DNA of 64,000 nucleotides from Eledone cirrhosa (lineage: Eukaryota). The position numbers and the translations under genes are program-made. The notes under the pieces are model-generated. The model saw nothing but the letters and a program-made list of their open reading frames with translations. It searched no databases and was not told where the DNA came from. Positions 49,144 to 62,745 of this stretch are shown piece after piece. The stretch lies in NCBI GenBank assembly GCA_964016885.1, contig OZ024740.1:303986001-304050000 (forward strand), in the 5' to 3' direction. Positions within the stretch are counted from its first letter, which is position 1. Every line of letters begins with the position of its first letter.

Positions 49144-49546
49144 TTAAAATCAATCATCATTTTCTTACAAAAAAAAATGTGTGAAACGCAACAAGGCACA
49201 GGTAATTTGGCTAGTACTCAATAAACACATACATATACTCAAAACATACACATACATATACAATTCACAGATTACTTTTTTCACTCCACCACAGCTTAAA
49301 CAGTTCTTCTTCTTCTTCTTCTTTTTCTCCTCCTCCTCCTCCTTCGCCCACTTATTCCCAAGTGGGTCGTTGGGCAGAGTCCTAAATTACATCCTATTTT
49401 CTTAAATAAAGTTTATATTTGGGTAGTCCATTATATACAAAAAGACAGGATGATCAGAGAAAACCTGGGGCTCAACAACTACTACTGTAACAAGCTATTA
49501 AGGAAACCTCTGTGGTTGCTTGGATCTGCTTTAACCCTTAATGAAA

Positions 49547-49627
49547 TACTACTACTACTACTACTACAACTACAACAACTACAACAACAACAACAACAGC
49601 AGCAGCAGCAGCAACACAACAACAACA

Positions 49628-49664
<37 letters not shown>

Positions 49665-49680
49665 ACGCTGCTGCTGCTGT

Positions 49681-49725
<45 letters not shown>

Positions 49726-49734
49726 CACTACCAT

Positions 49735-49823
<89 letters not shown>
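49547..49823. repeat. (TAC)n/(CAA)n/(CAG)n trinucleotide microsatellite
   Basis: Seen directly. Confidence 0.97.
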
Positions 49824-50058
49824 AAACAGCATTCCAATCAATCATTGTCTTCTCCATCTTGTATAAACAAACATATGCTGCTATTGCTATGGGCAACTGT
49901 CTATTTCAGAAAACAAAAGAATTGTAATAAAGTGAGGCATATGTTCAATAAGTAATGAGAAAATTTCAGGAGAGACATTTATTTCATAAGCTTACAAAAC
50001 ATTGTCTCCTTCAAAATAATTGTTTCTACTTTAGGCACCAGTGCATTACTGGTACTTT

Positions 50059-50258
50059 NNNNNNNNNNNNNNNNNNNNNNNNNNNNNNNNNNNNNNNNNN
50101 NNNNNNNNNNNNNNNNNNNNNNNNNNNNNNNNNNNNNNNNNNNNNNNNNNNNNNNNNNNNNNNNNNNNNNNNNNNNNNNNNNNNNNNNNNNNNNNNNNNN
50201 NNNNNNNNNNNNNNNNNNNNNNNNNNNNNNNNNNNNNNNNNNNNNNNNNNNNNNNNNN
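50059..50258. other. Assembly gap (200 N)
   Basis: Run of N. Confidence 1.
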
Positions 50259-51250
50259 CTAATGGTCTGGAGAACTATAATAAACAGGAGTTGGCTGAAG
50301 ACTGAGCTTTGATGAACACCTATGTGCACATTGAATTCCTCTCTAAACTCATTACCTAATACCATTTTACTGAAAACTGTTCTGTACATGGCTTTAACAG
50401 CTCACACAAGCCATTCTTTTACACCTAATTTTATTAGGGCCACCAGATGACAGATTGTGGTGTTCTGTCAAAGGCCTTCTCCAGATCCACAAAAGCTAGA
50501 TATAGTGGCTTATAATTATCTAAGAACTTCTCTTGTAGTTATCTTACTAAGAAGAAGGCATCTGTAGTGCTCCTCCCTGGCACAAAACCAAACTGCATCT
50601 CAACTAATTTAACTCTTACCCGAATTAGCTGTGCTAGAATTCTTTGTCAGTTTTATAACTTGGTCATTTTTAGAGCATCACCTTTTCCCTTGTAACAATT
50701 AATGAATATACTACTATTCCAGTCATTAGGTATGACCCTATCACGTATTACCTGAATGATTATATCGGCAACTAGTTTGACTCCTACTTCTCCCGAATAT
50801 TTCAGCATCGCAGTGACTTTCTTTGATGGACTGATGACTTTACTTCTTTTCATCTCCTTCATTGATTGTTTGACCCTATAACTATCAATTTTAATAGCTG
50901 GTCTCTCTGATGCATCAGCTGGGGTAGTCTCTCTTTCACCCACTCATTCTCTCATAGTAACATTTCCAGGTTTCTATCATTTGAGCATCAGTGATGCTAA
51001 GAGCACCAGTGTCATTACAAACACATTTTCCCCAACAACATCCTGGTTTTCACTGACACTCTGTTTAGCAATATAGAACACTTTGCATCTCTGATACAAG
51101 ACATTGGTAATCCTCCTAAGTTCAGCTTCTTTGAATGTCGTGTATACCTGTCATTTTGATTCTCTTTTAGCTACCCGGTACAGATTTTTTTACCCTCATT
51201 TTTCCAGTTTTTTCATGCCTGTCTCTTGGCTTTAATAGCTCTATCTAAAC
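50259..51250 (-). mobile_element. Decayed RTE LINE internal fragment
   Basis: [21 protein letters not shown] and HIGVHQSSVFS. Confidence 0.85.
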
Positions 51251-51440
51251 TTTGTGCATGTATATACACATGTATATTCATGTGCACATGAATATACATG
51301 TGTATATACACGCGCAAAATCTGCTCTACCTATTATACTTCAATACCCACATATACCCACACTCAAAAGTATAGGGCCGATGCTTATATATACACCCATC
51401 ATCTCACAAATCACAACAAACTATATTTTTTGTCACATCA

Positions 51441-51530
51441 CCAGTCTGAAGAGCAGATCGATAATGGAGTTGGGTCCATAACTCCTATGGGTGACCCTGA
51501 GCCAATCCTCTGTGAAACGTGTGTAACAGG
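51441..51530 (+). ncRNA. Hammerhead-like motif with a long structured stem II insertion (pLTR-like context)
   Basis: CCAGT-CTGAAGA-GCAGA...TCTGT-GAAA-CGTGTG-TA^ACAGG. One stem I mismatch. Confidence 0.6.
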
Positions 51531-53389
51531 TCAATACACAATAAAAATCTAATACATGTAAACGAAACTTCATTGTTTTTTTAAAACAAAGATAATTACA
51601 AACTAAACGTCAATACTAGAACCAAGACATCATCTATAATTCCTACCTAAGACATCATCCATATTTCCTGACACAAACTCCATAAACCCAACCACCAACC
51701 TGCTCTAAATATGAGTGTTGGGGAGACAGACTTTTTCAAGCTGCAGCTGTCATATTACACATTTTCTGTATAAGAATAGACAATACAGCCCACCCTGTAA
51801 AATGGACGTGTAAAAGACATGGCAAAAAGCACCCAGCACACACTGTCAATATGATTGGCATTAGGAAGGGAATCCAGTCATAGAAAACCAGCCAACAAAC
51901 ACTCCTATATGAACGAGACATGGTCACCCAATCCAACTTGCCTCTAAATGGGACAAACCCATCTAACCCATGCTAGCGTGGAAGATGGACGTTAATCGAT
52001 GATGATGATGATGAATAAACAATGTCTGTTATTATCTGCAGTGACTAAAACCCCATTGCGAAATAATCGACATCAATAAGACCCATTCCTGTGACTAACA
52101 GATAAAAATTATTTAAACACTAGAGTGCTATCCTACCTAACAAACTGACATCTCTACAATCATCGTTAGTCCTAAATAAATCCATTCGGAACCATTTGAT
52201 ATTGCAAAGACTTATTAAATGCATAAAACATAACCTATTTTAAAAAATTTAATATATTTACATTTTTATTGTGTACTTCACTAAATCACATACACTATAT
52301 ATCATCATCACCGTTAAACGTCTATTTTTTCATGCTTGCATGGGTTAGACAGATCTTTCTAATGCTCACATGGATTAGACAAGTTGTCATGTTCTGAAGT
52401 TAGACTGATCGGGTGACCATTTTCGCATGGTTTTTACAGCTGGATGCTCTTCCTAACACCAACCACTTTACAGAGTGTACTAGGAGCATTTTATCATGAT
52501 AGATTATGATATCTACTTTTTTTCCCCACTTTCTATCTATATACACATATGGGTATGGTTGATTTAGTTTTGCATCTTTGTATCTTCGTTCTATTTTTAT
52601 GCCCTATATATAAAAGTACACAACTTTAACTCAAGCAGAGGAAGATTAGATTTAGCCACAGCCGGCTATAGTCAGCTGGCTACCAAACTTAGTTCTTCTC
52701 TCTCTCTCTCCCTCCCTCTTTTACATTTTTCTGCCCCAACACACACATATACGATAGCTACATAAACATTCACACAAACACACAGAGACATATATTGCCC
52801 AGTATATACTCACACATAATGAAACATTCCTCCACCAGAAATATACTGTCAAATATTTCTTGTACTAATATGTATCATGCTAATATTTCTATGAATATTT
52901 GTTTGTAAACGAACTCTGTCACTTTCTAATACATTACAATGAGATAATCTAAACTAGCTTCTCAACAATGTTGTAACAATGCACTATTGATCTCTACCAT
53001 TGATCTATCATGATTGATTTAGCAGGAAATAAAATACTTGTCTCATAAAACTCCTATACCAAGCCTTTTTTGTATTATTTTATACCAAGCCTCTTTCAAG
53101 CTTCCTTGGAAATTCTGCTGTTAAATATATATCAACCTTATTCATTTTCCTCCATTTTTTTCATTTGTAAAATTCTGCCACAGTTACAGTGGTTATGCTT
53201 GTAGATAAACAAATTTTATTTAAAAGAACTGTTTGAGGCCATCTTTGAATCTATGAGCCATATCTTCCATGGTATCAATGTTAATATAATTAATTGTTTG
53301 AAGATGATGAAGTTTTAGAATGAGTTGTGTAGAGCATCAGACAAAATGTTTTTTGGCATTTAATTATGTCTCTTTACATTCTGAATTCA

Positions 53390-54450
53390 AATCTACCAGG
53401 GACAGCTGTAGGAATGCAATTTCATGCAAGCAGAGGTACCAAGCTAACACATGACTGAGATCTGTCATCATTCGTAATCTGCTGTTTGTGGATCATGCAG
53501 CCAAGGAAACTCAGGAATTTATAAACCATTTCTCAATCACTAGCAAAGCTTTCAAGCTTACTGCCAGCATAGAGAAGACTGAAGTTGTCTATCAACCCCC
53601 TCCAGACCCAAATAAGAGATGTCAAACACGAGCTATCAGTTCACTAGTTTCCGTCAACTCCCATTAAGACATAAAGGAAGAATCTCAAATATGTTAAGTC
53701 ATTTACATATTAGGGCAGTCCATCGAAGTGCCAAAGCTTCTAGTACATTTGGTAAACTTTGTCATCATCTCTGGAATGAGAGGGGCATAAACTGGAAACC
53801 AAAATTAAAGTTTACAAAGCCATTGTTCTCTCACTACTCTTTTATATGGATCTGAGTCCTAGACTCTGTATTAACATACATAAATCAGCTAGATGAGTTC
53901 CACAAAGATTGCCTTTCTATAATTTCATTTCAAATGCTGATCTTTTCATGAAATGCAGAATTGGAGGTATTGAAACTTTCCTCATGTAATTCCTATTACA
54001 TTAGAATGAATGACGATCAAATACCTAAGGTTCTTACATACAGTCAGCTTCACAGTAGTAAAAGGAATGTAAGAAAGTCATGGCTTGAGTAGAAGGACAA
54101 GCTGAAGAGTAATCTTGAAGCTGTTGGTATAAATTTTAAGACTTTTAAGAATTTTAAGACTTTTGACACTGGCTGAAAGAAGTGGAGAGTGAGTTGTTAT
54201 AGTAGCATTAAAACTTTTGAATCTATCCATCTCCAACAGTTTAGTGAGGCAATAGTGAGAACTAAAGCATCCACACTAGTACCAGCTACCTTGTCTCATA
54301 ACTCACATTTTTGCACTCTATGTTGTCATGATTGTATGTCTTTGATGGGACATAAGTGTCACATCAGAGATAGAGAGACATCTGTCAACTGACTAAACTA
54401 AAGCTGATAGACACTCATACATCAAGATCGATGGGAGAGTCCATCATATA
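53390..54450 (+). mobile_element. Very old BovB-like RTE remnant
   Basis: AKASSTFGKLCHHLWNERGI and MNDDQIPKVL remnants. Confidence 0.65.
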
Positions 54451-54529
54451 TACATATATTCAATATGTATTATCAATGTATTCTTACACTGTATCTGTCT
54501 ATTCTGTATTATTTATGCACATCAGTGGA

Positions 54530-54705
54530 TTGGCAGTATCAGTAGAGGGTTGGACGCCATGCTTTGCAGCATAGAGTTACGGCTTTTTACGATCTGAGTT
54601 CAAATCCCGCCGAGGTTAACTTTGCCTTCCATTTTTACGGGGTTGATAAAATAAAGTACCAGTAATGCACTGGGATAAATGCTGTGCCAAAAGTAGAAAC
54701 AATTA
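54530..54705 (+). mobile_element. tRNA-derived SINE
   Basis: GAGTTCAAATCCCGCCGAGGTTAACTTTGCCTTCCAT...AAAGTACCAGT. Confidence 0.8.
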
Positions 54706-56139
54706 TTTATACTCATAGTATGCTGGGAATTAAACATATGACATATTTTATAAAACAATGTCTGAGATAAACTGTCAGAAAAAAAAAGACAAAATTCTGA
54801 TTGGTCATGGTTGAAACTTTTAATCATAGGTCTTCTGTATCAGGGTTAATCTGAGGCTAAATAACAGCAACAACAATGTTGAATTCTTTACATAAAATTT
54901 TCATTATTATGAAGTTATTATTGTTATTTAACCCTAGGTCAGTGTCAATAGAAGAGTGTTGTGATTTTAGCTAGGATCATCCCATCTTTTTATTTTCCAT
55001 ACATCTACAACTGTATTACTCAATGTGTCTTTTTATTTTTTCTGATGATGAGGTGTAATTTCAGGATTATCAACTACTATTTCTAACAAGCCAAACAGTG
55101 AGTTAGTGAAATTGTTAGAGTATTCGATGAAATGCCTTGTGGCATTTGTTCTGAGTTCAAATCCTAGTGTGTGTTACTTGCCTTTATCAGATTCCACTTT
55201 GTTGCAAACATTCAGACCAGGTTAGGTTTTTTTTTTTTCTGGTGGCTTTATATGGAGGGAGAGGTTATGTTGATGACCTTTGAAGGTAGTCCAACACCAA
55301 TGTGATTCCTGTTAAGGTTCAGTTTAATGTTGATGTTCAATGCTGCAGGTCAACTCCTACAGGAAGGACATGTGCAGAGAGAACATTGAGTATTCTAGAA
55401 GATGTTTTCCTTCTTCCTTCTCTCTTATCACCCTCAGAGGCTCTGGAAGAGTAATTGGCACTACACTTCCTTCTTCAAATAAACAATAAAAAGAAGTATT
55501 GTATACTTCTGTGACCATGTCACTGCCAATTCCATTGCATCTGTTGAAAGTCTCATGATATTTTTATCATGTTTATAAGTCTCATGATATTTTTATCTTC
55601 TTCTTCTTCTTCTTCTTCTGCTTGAGGGGCTGTGAGGACAGAGTCCTCAAACACTCCTTCCAATGGGTCTTGTCAGAAGCAATTACATTTCCATTTAAAC
55701 ATAAGAATAGTTAATGTCTTTTGCCTCAGTTATACAAACATCAATTATTTGAATTTCAGATGATCTAAATAAAGTCTCCGTGTTCTATGAATATCTAATT
55801 CACCATACTGTTTGTGATCTGAACTCAAGAATAATACTGATGCTATCATTTTGTCTTTTATTCACAATGATTCAAAGTGAATTTGAATAATTGAATATGT
55901 AAAAATGATAGATACATTAAAGAGGTGTTATTAGCACTAGTGTGATAACTGTGTTTTGTTCACAGTTATCAAAAGTACCACATGTCAGCCTACTGTGTCT
56001 TTTGTACACAGTTATTAAACATATCAAACCCCTGCCTGTTTACTAGTCTATAAATATAATATTTTGAACACAACAATGACTGAAATGATGAAGGATCTAA
56101 AAGCAGGGCAAAATCATTGGTGTCTTCTATTATTTGGGA

Positions 56140-56524
56140 CCTGACAGTCCCAAATAATAGGAGTTGGTGGGGCTGGAATAAGCGAGAGATTTGAGAAATC
56201 AGTAATTTTTCTAGCTTGTCTCCATTGATTTTTTAAAAAAACAGAATTAGTCATTTAGTTTACATATTGAAACCCCAACCCATCCTATTTATTTTATAAT
56301 GTCTGGGATTTCTAGTAATGTACTTTTTTTGTCTTGTACAATGTTTTTTAATGTTTGAAGAAAATTAATTATCGCAGGAATGCTACCACTTAAAATAAAA
56401 TTTTGCCAGAGATAGATTAGCCAAATTTAATAAGTGTGTGTGGGGTGGGTGAATGTGGGGTGGGGTGGAAAAATCTGAAAAATCAATAAGCGGTGGGGAG
56501 ACGATTAGTCAAGGCCTGAAAGTA
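56140..56524 (+). mobile_element. MITE-like element (family of 3215-3450)
   Basis: Homology as above. Ends GAAAGTA. Confidence 0.65.
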
Positions 56525-56784
56525 CTCTAATACTTTGTTCTGAGTACTTATCTGTTACAAGTAATTGAGTTTGTTGCTATGTCTAAAATAAAAATATTGA
56601 CAACCGAATGAAGATTTTGAAATGTCTGGATTGTGGTGAAAAGACACCAGATATTTCACAAGAGTACAAGAGTACACCTTCATAGAACTCATAAAATGTT
56701 TGTAAATACATTTTATGTAATTATGTTCAGTATTGCTTCTGTGGTTTACAATCAGTTAACAATGAGAGTCACTATTGTTTATAT

Positions 56785-57045
56785 TGATGCACAATGTAAA
56801 TATGAGAGAAAAACAGAGCATGGATGAACTGAGGAAGAAGCTGTGTTTAAGAGGAATCTGAGTTGGCGAGGAGGCGAGAAGACTGCATTGGTACGGACAT
56901 GAGATACACATGGATAATGATAATTGGGTGAAGAAGTGCCAGGAAATGCAAGTACATGGAAGCTGCAGTAGAGGTAGCCAAAGAAAGACTTGGGCAGAAG
57001 TGGTGAGAGCTGACCTCAAATCGCTGAGACTCACTGCTAATTTGA
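56785..57045 (+). mobile_element. RTE C-terminal fragment (family B-like)
   Basis: RRLHWYGH...WVKKCQEM...TWAEVVRADLKSL. Confidence 0.8.
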
Positions 57046-58940
57046 TCACCCAGGTAATAGAAATATCTACTACTTCTACAGAGCTCTCAGTTTGTATCTT
57101 GAGAGCTCTTGCTTCTTACTGCACCTGTGCACAGGCCACATGTAAAACCTACATTCTTTGTTAGGCTGCCTGAGATCTCACTACATCTCCTTTGAACCCA
57201 TAGTTTGCATTTGGGACATAGGATGGAATTTCTTCCTGAGGAGTTCTGGTTTCTGTTTTCCTTTCTACTTACTAGAACTTTAGTCTTTGCCAAGTTGACT
57301 TTAAGACCTTTTGATTCTAGGCCATGCTTCCAGGTTTGGAATTTCATCTCTAATTCAGTTATAGATTCAGTTATAAGGGTTAGGTCATCTGCATACAGGA
57401 GTTCCCATGCGAAGCCAGTCTTAAACTCCTCTGTTGTTACTTGCAAGATGATAATAAACAGAAGAAGGCTAAGAACTGAGCCCTGATTGACACCAACCTG
57501 CACGCTGAATTCTTCACTATAGTCATTGTTAGTTCTAACCTTACTGACTATTCCTCTATACATGGCTTGTACTGCCCTCACAAGCCACTCATCTACTCCA
57601 AGTTTTCTTAGAGCCCACCAGATAATGGAACGGGGGACTCTGTCAAAAGCTTTCTCCAAGTCTACAAAAACCAAGTAGAAGAGTTTACCTTTAGCTAGGT
57701 ACTTCTCCTGCAGTTTCCTTACAAAGAAGAGGGCATCTGGGGTACTTTTACCTGGTACAAATCCAAACTGCATCTCATCCAGGTTAACTCATTCCCTAAT
57801 CAGCTGTGCTATAACTCTTTCTGTGACCTTTATAACCTGGTCAACCAGCTTAAAGCCTCTATAGATTTCTCTATCTAGAGCATCAGCTTTGCCCTTGTAG
57901 CAGTTGATGATGCTGCTGCTATGCCAGCCATAGGGTATGACACCATTTTGTATTACTTGGTTTACAATGCAGGAGCAGCTGGACCTTCAGGAATAGTTGC
58001 TGAGATGCTTTCAGCATTTCAGAAACTATTCTTGAAGGTCCAGCTGCTCTGCCTCTCTTCATATCCTTAATTGCCTAACTTATTATAGTATTGCTGATTT
58101 GTACCACTGGTCCCTCTCTTGGGTCGACATGAGGCAAACTATTTTCTTCCCACGCATTTTCCTCATTCAGTAATCTTTCATAGTGGCACTTCCATGCTAC
58201 CTTCTTTTCAGTGTAAGTGAGAGCAAGTTTGCCATAATCATTTCAGACACATTTCTCCCCACCAACATCACATTTTTCCCTGACACACTGTCTTGCGATC
58301 CTGAACACCTCACATCTTTGGTCCTCACACTGCAAAACATGTTTAAATTTGTTTATTTTACGCTTCCTTTCTTGCAAAATAAACTTGTCACCTAACTTCT
58401 CTCTTAGCATTCTGGTAGACTTCTCTACTACCCCCATTTTGCCATTCCTTCCAAGTCTGTCTTTTAGGCATAATTGTCTCATCTACCTTACTATTCCACT
58501 ACCAAGTCATTCTCCTTCTTCCTAGTGACCCACTCCAACAACAGATTTCATTTGTCACCTTCAGTAGGTTATCTTTCAGGAACTCCCACTGCTCCTCTAT
58601 ATTGTATGTCTCTATTTGCTCTTCTTTTCTGCCAAAGGTGTCAATCAACATGCTTCTAAACTTGTTATTGGTTGATGGGTCTTTTAACTTCCACATTCTT
58701 TGTCTCATTGTTTAAAAGTTTGTGTTACAGATAGATAGGTCATTTGTGTTGTAGAATTCCAGCAGTCTGAAACCTTCCTCGTTTCTAGTGCGGAACTTGT
58801 AACCCCCATGGATCCCATCGAAGCCATCACAATATGCCTGTTAAAGTCACTTGCAATGAATATGAATTTGCTGTTGTTTATTTGGGCGATAGTGAGCATT
58901 AGGGACTCATAAAACCTGTCTTTTAGTACGTCAGGCTGTC
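57046..58940 (-). mobile_element. Decayed RTE LINE (end of APE to RT)
   Basis: ORF 57087-57773 has FVDLEKAFDRV and YADD. IASDFN remnant near 58850. Confidence 0.9.
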
Positions 58941-60210
58941 AATAAATATGTTGCAGCAAGAGAATTTTGTGTTTTGGATAACCTTGTGAGAGACTGGAGA
59001 AAGATATCAAATCAAATTCAGAAAATCTCAAAACAATAGAGGTAAATATAGCAAGTAGCCAGAACTGGAGGGAAAAAAGCTACTAAGTATATACTGGAAA
59101 CTCAGCAAAATAGAATAAGTGACATTCATGCAGATTTCTGAATTTATGCATGAAAAAAAAAAGAAGGCTGGAATTTTTGATGAAAGTGTTGTATTGTGTA
59201 CATGGTTCAGGAAAATACACAATTGGTATTTTAATTTTACTTAAAAGCTAAGATTTCACAAAAATTATCTGATGTGCTAGATTTTTTAATGGCTTATCTT
59301 GAAGAGGAAAAATTGGTGGCAGGAAGATAGGAAGTTATGCTTAGACTAAAAATCTAACCTGAATACTTGCAACTAAAGACACCCAAGGACTAGGTGGTAG
59401 CATTAAACTAAGCAACAGATTAAGCCTAAAGAGTAAAAAAAAAGCATGCATAATATTTAGAAGAGCTACATAGCCTTATGATTTTCAATATGCTGTAGGA
59501 TGTCTGCTTTGATGCATTGACCAATACTGTAATTTATATTTTTTTTCTATTTATTTATAGATCAATTGGTCTTCAAGTAAAGATATGATATTTTGAATTC
59601 AGGTTTACATTACAAACCCCTCATAAGTCATGTAATAATCAAGCCCATAAGTTTAACTTTAAAGACGTGTCTTAAAAAATTGACTTTTTACTTGAATATA
59701 TATCATATATATATCCAAAATGTCTGACTGAATGTGTTTTATCACCCTTTTTTTCCATGTTTTCCTCCTTCCTCTTCTCACTCTTTATGTTTCTATTTTA
59801 TCTTCTATTTCTAACTCTATCTTCTGATGAAAGATGAGTGTTCGAAACATTAAGACACTTTTCCTGTTATTTCAAGCATTAAACTAATATATTTCATCAA
59901 TGTACTGTGTCTTATGTTTTGTTATTTCTGTTTACATTTTATATATATATAATTTAATATATTATGTATTTTTCAAAGTTCACAGTTGTATAAATAACAT
60001 TAAACATTGTTTATAGTTCTTACAGAGTGAAAATATAAACAGAGATATAAACACATATAATAAATACAATTAATTATTGCTAGGAACATCACAAATATAA
60101 TGCACAAAATATATGATCAAAGCAAAAGAAAAAGAAAAGGATAGAAGAAGAAAAACAAAAACAACTATCAATTCACTACCAAGTATGACAATCAGCTGCA
60201 CACAAACATA

Positions 60211-60627
60211 TCATCATCATCATCATTTTACGTCCGCTTTTCTCTGCTTGCAAGGGTGGGACGGATCTTATTCAGCACAGCATCTCTCCACTCGTCACGG
60301 TCCTTCGTCATCTCCACCGTGAGCTTCAATGATCTGAGGTCTGTTCTCACCACCTCCTCCCATGTTTTTCGTGGTCTACCTCTACCACGTCTTCCTTCAA
60401 CTGGCATTTCCTGGCACTTTTTCACCCATCGGTCATCCTCCATGCGCATCACATGTCCATACCACCTCAGTCTCCTCTCCCGTACACTACATTCTATCCC
60501 TCTCAGACACAGTTTCTCTCTCAACACATTTATGCTGGGTCGTTCACGCACATTTACACTGCACATCCAATGGAGCATGCTTGCCTCATTTCTTCCAGCC
60601 GTCGCATATCCTCTGCAGTTGCTGCCC
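60211..60627 (-). mobile_element. RTE family B 3' fragment
   Basis: Nearly identical to 48715-49143. Confidence 0.92.
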
Positions 60628-60710
60628 ATATATATATATATATATGTATATATGTATATGTGTGTGTGTATATATACATATATGTATATACATATATGTA
60701 TGTATATGTA

Positions 60711-61041
60711 CATCATCATTTCATTTTACGTCCACTTTTCCCTGCTTGCAAGGGTGGGACGGGAACTGATTCTGGCTTGATTTCTACAGCTGGATGCCCT
60801 TCCTAACACCAACCTCATTTACAGTGAGTACTGAGTGCTTTTTTGCCGTGGCACCTCCACGACCACTTTGCAGTGGAATGATATGGACCCCAGTCCCTAT
60901 CATCTCATTTCTACAGCTGAGTAAACTGGTGCAATGTGAAATAAAGTGTCTTGCTTAAGGAAACAACACATCACCCGGTCTGAGAATTGAACTCACAACC
61001 TTTCAATTGCAAGGCCAATGCTCAAACCACTAAGCCATGTG
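60711..61041 (-). mobile_element. Full-length tRNA-SINE with family-B tail (further tail fragment at 61203-61320)
   Basis: Homologous to 28672-28978 and 34868-35177. Confidence 0.88.
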
Positions 61042-61321
61042 TATATATATATATATATATACATCTGTATATATATGTATATATACACACATATATGCAT
61101 ACACATACACGTATATGTATATATATGTATATATGTATACATACATGTGTACACATATATACACATATATATGTATATATACATATGTATATATATATGT
61201 ATCATCATCATCATTTCATTTTACGTCCATTTTCCCTGCTTGCAAGGGTGGGACGGGAACTGATTTTGGCTTGATTTCTACAGATGGATGCCCTTCCTAA
61301 CACCAACCTCATTTACAGTGA

Positions 61322-62700
61322 TGTATATGTATATATATGTATATGTATACATATGTATACATATGTACATATATGTGTATATATATATATACATATACAT
61401 ACACATACACATATATGTGTACACATACACATACATACACACATATATACACACATACGCGTACACATATATACATATATACGTATATATATACACATAT
61501 ACACACACACATACGCATATATATGTGTATATATATACACACGTACACATACACATACGTGTATATATATATATATACACATATATATGTGTACACACAT
61601 ATATACACACATATATATACACACACACATATATACATATATATATACACACACACACGTATACACGTGTATACACACACACATACACATATATATATAT
61701 ACATATGTACACATATGCGTACATATACATATATATATACATACACACACACGTACATATATGTGCATATACACACATATACACATATATATACATACGT
61801 ATATATATATGTATATATATATACACACACATATACACACGTATATACACGTGTATACACATACACATATACATACATATATACGCACACACATGTGTGT
61901 ATACATATATATACACATATATATACACATATATACGTACATATATGTGTATATATATACATACACATACACATACACACATATGTACATACATGTGTAC
62001 ACACACACATACACATATATGTACACACATGTGTATACATACACACACATATATGTACACACATGTGTATATATATACACACATACATACGTACATATAT
62101 GTGTATATACACACATATGTACATACATGTGCATACACATACACACACATGTACATATACGTGTACACACATACACACACATATACATATATATGTATAC
62201 ACACGCGTACACACATACACATACATGTGTACACACATGTGTACACATATATACATATATACGCGTATACATACGTGTACACATATACACATACACACAC
62301 GTGTACATATACACACATACGTACATACATATATATATACACGTGTACATATATATATATATGTATATACATGTGTATATATACATATACACGTACATAT
62401 ATGTGTATATACACATATGTATACATATGTGTATACACATATATACACACGTACATATATATATATACATGTATAACATACACATATGCATACATACGTG
62501 CACACATATATACGCATACACATGTATATATATATACACATATACACATGTGTGTGTACACATACACCCACGTGTGTGCACATACACATACACACACACA
62601 CACATATATGTGTGTATATACCTGCGCGTGCATACATATACACACATACATATACATACACACACAAACACAAACACACACACACACATACATATATATG

Positions 62701-62733
<33 letters not shown>

Positions 62734-62745
62734 GTATATATATGT
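61322..62745. repeat. 1.4-kb almost strictly alternating purine-pyrimidine (TA/CA/TG/CG) tract
   Basis: Seen directly. Confidence 0.97.

Noticed and set aside
49538-50389. Poly-T/S/V ORFs and ORFs spanning X runs
   Set aside because: Microsatellite and assembly-gap artefacts.
56785-58940. Opposed RTE pieces as a twin-priming 5' inversion
   Set aside because: The pieces meet 3'-to-3' with no tail or TSD and resemble different families.
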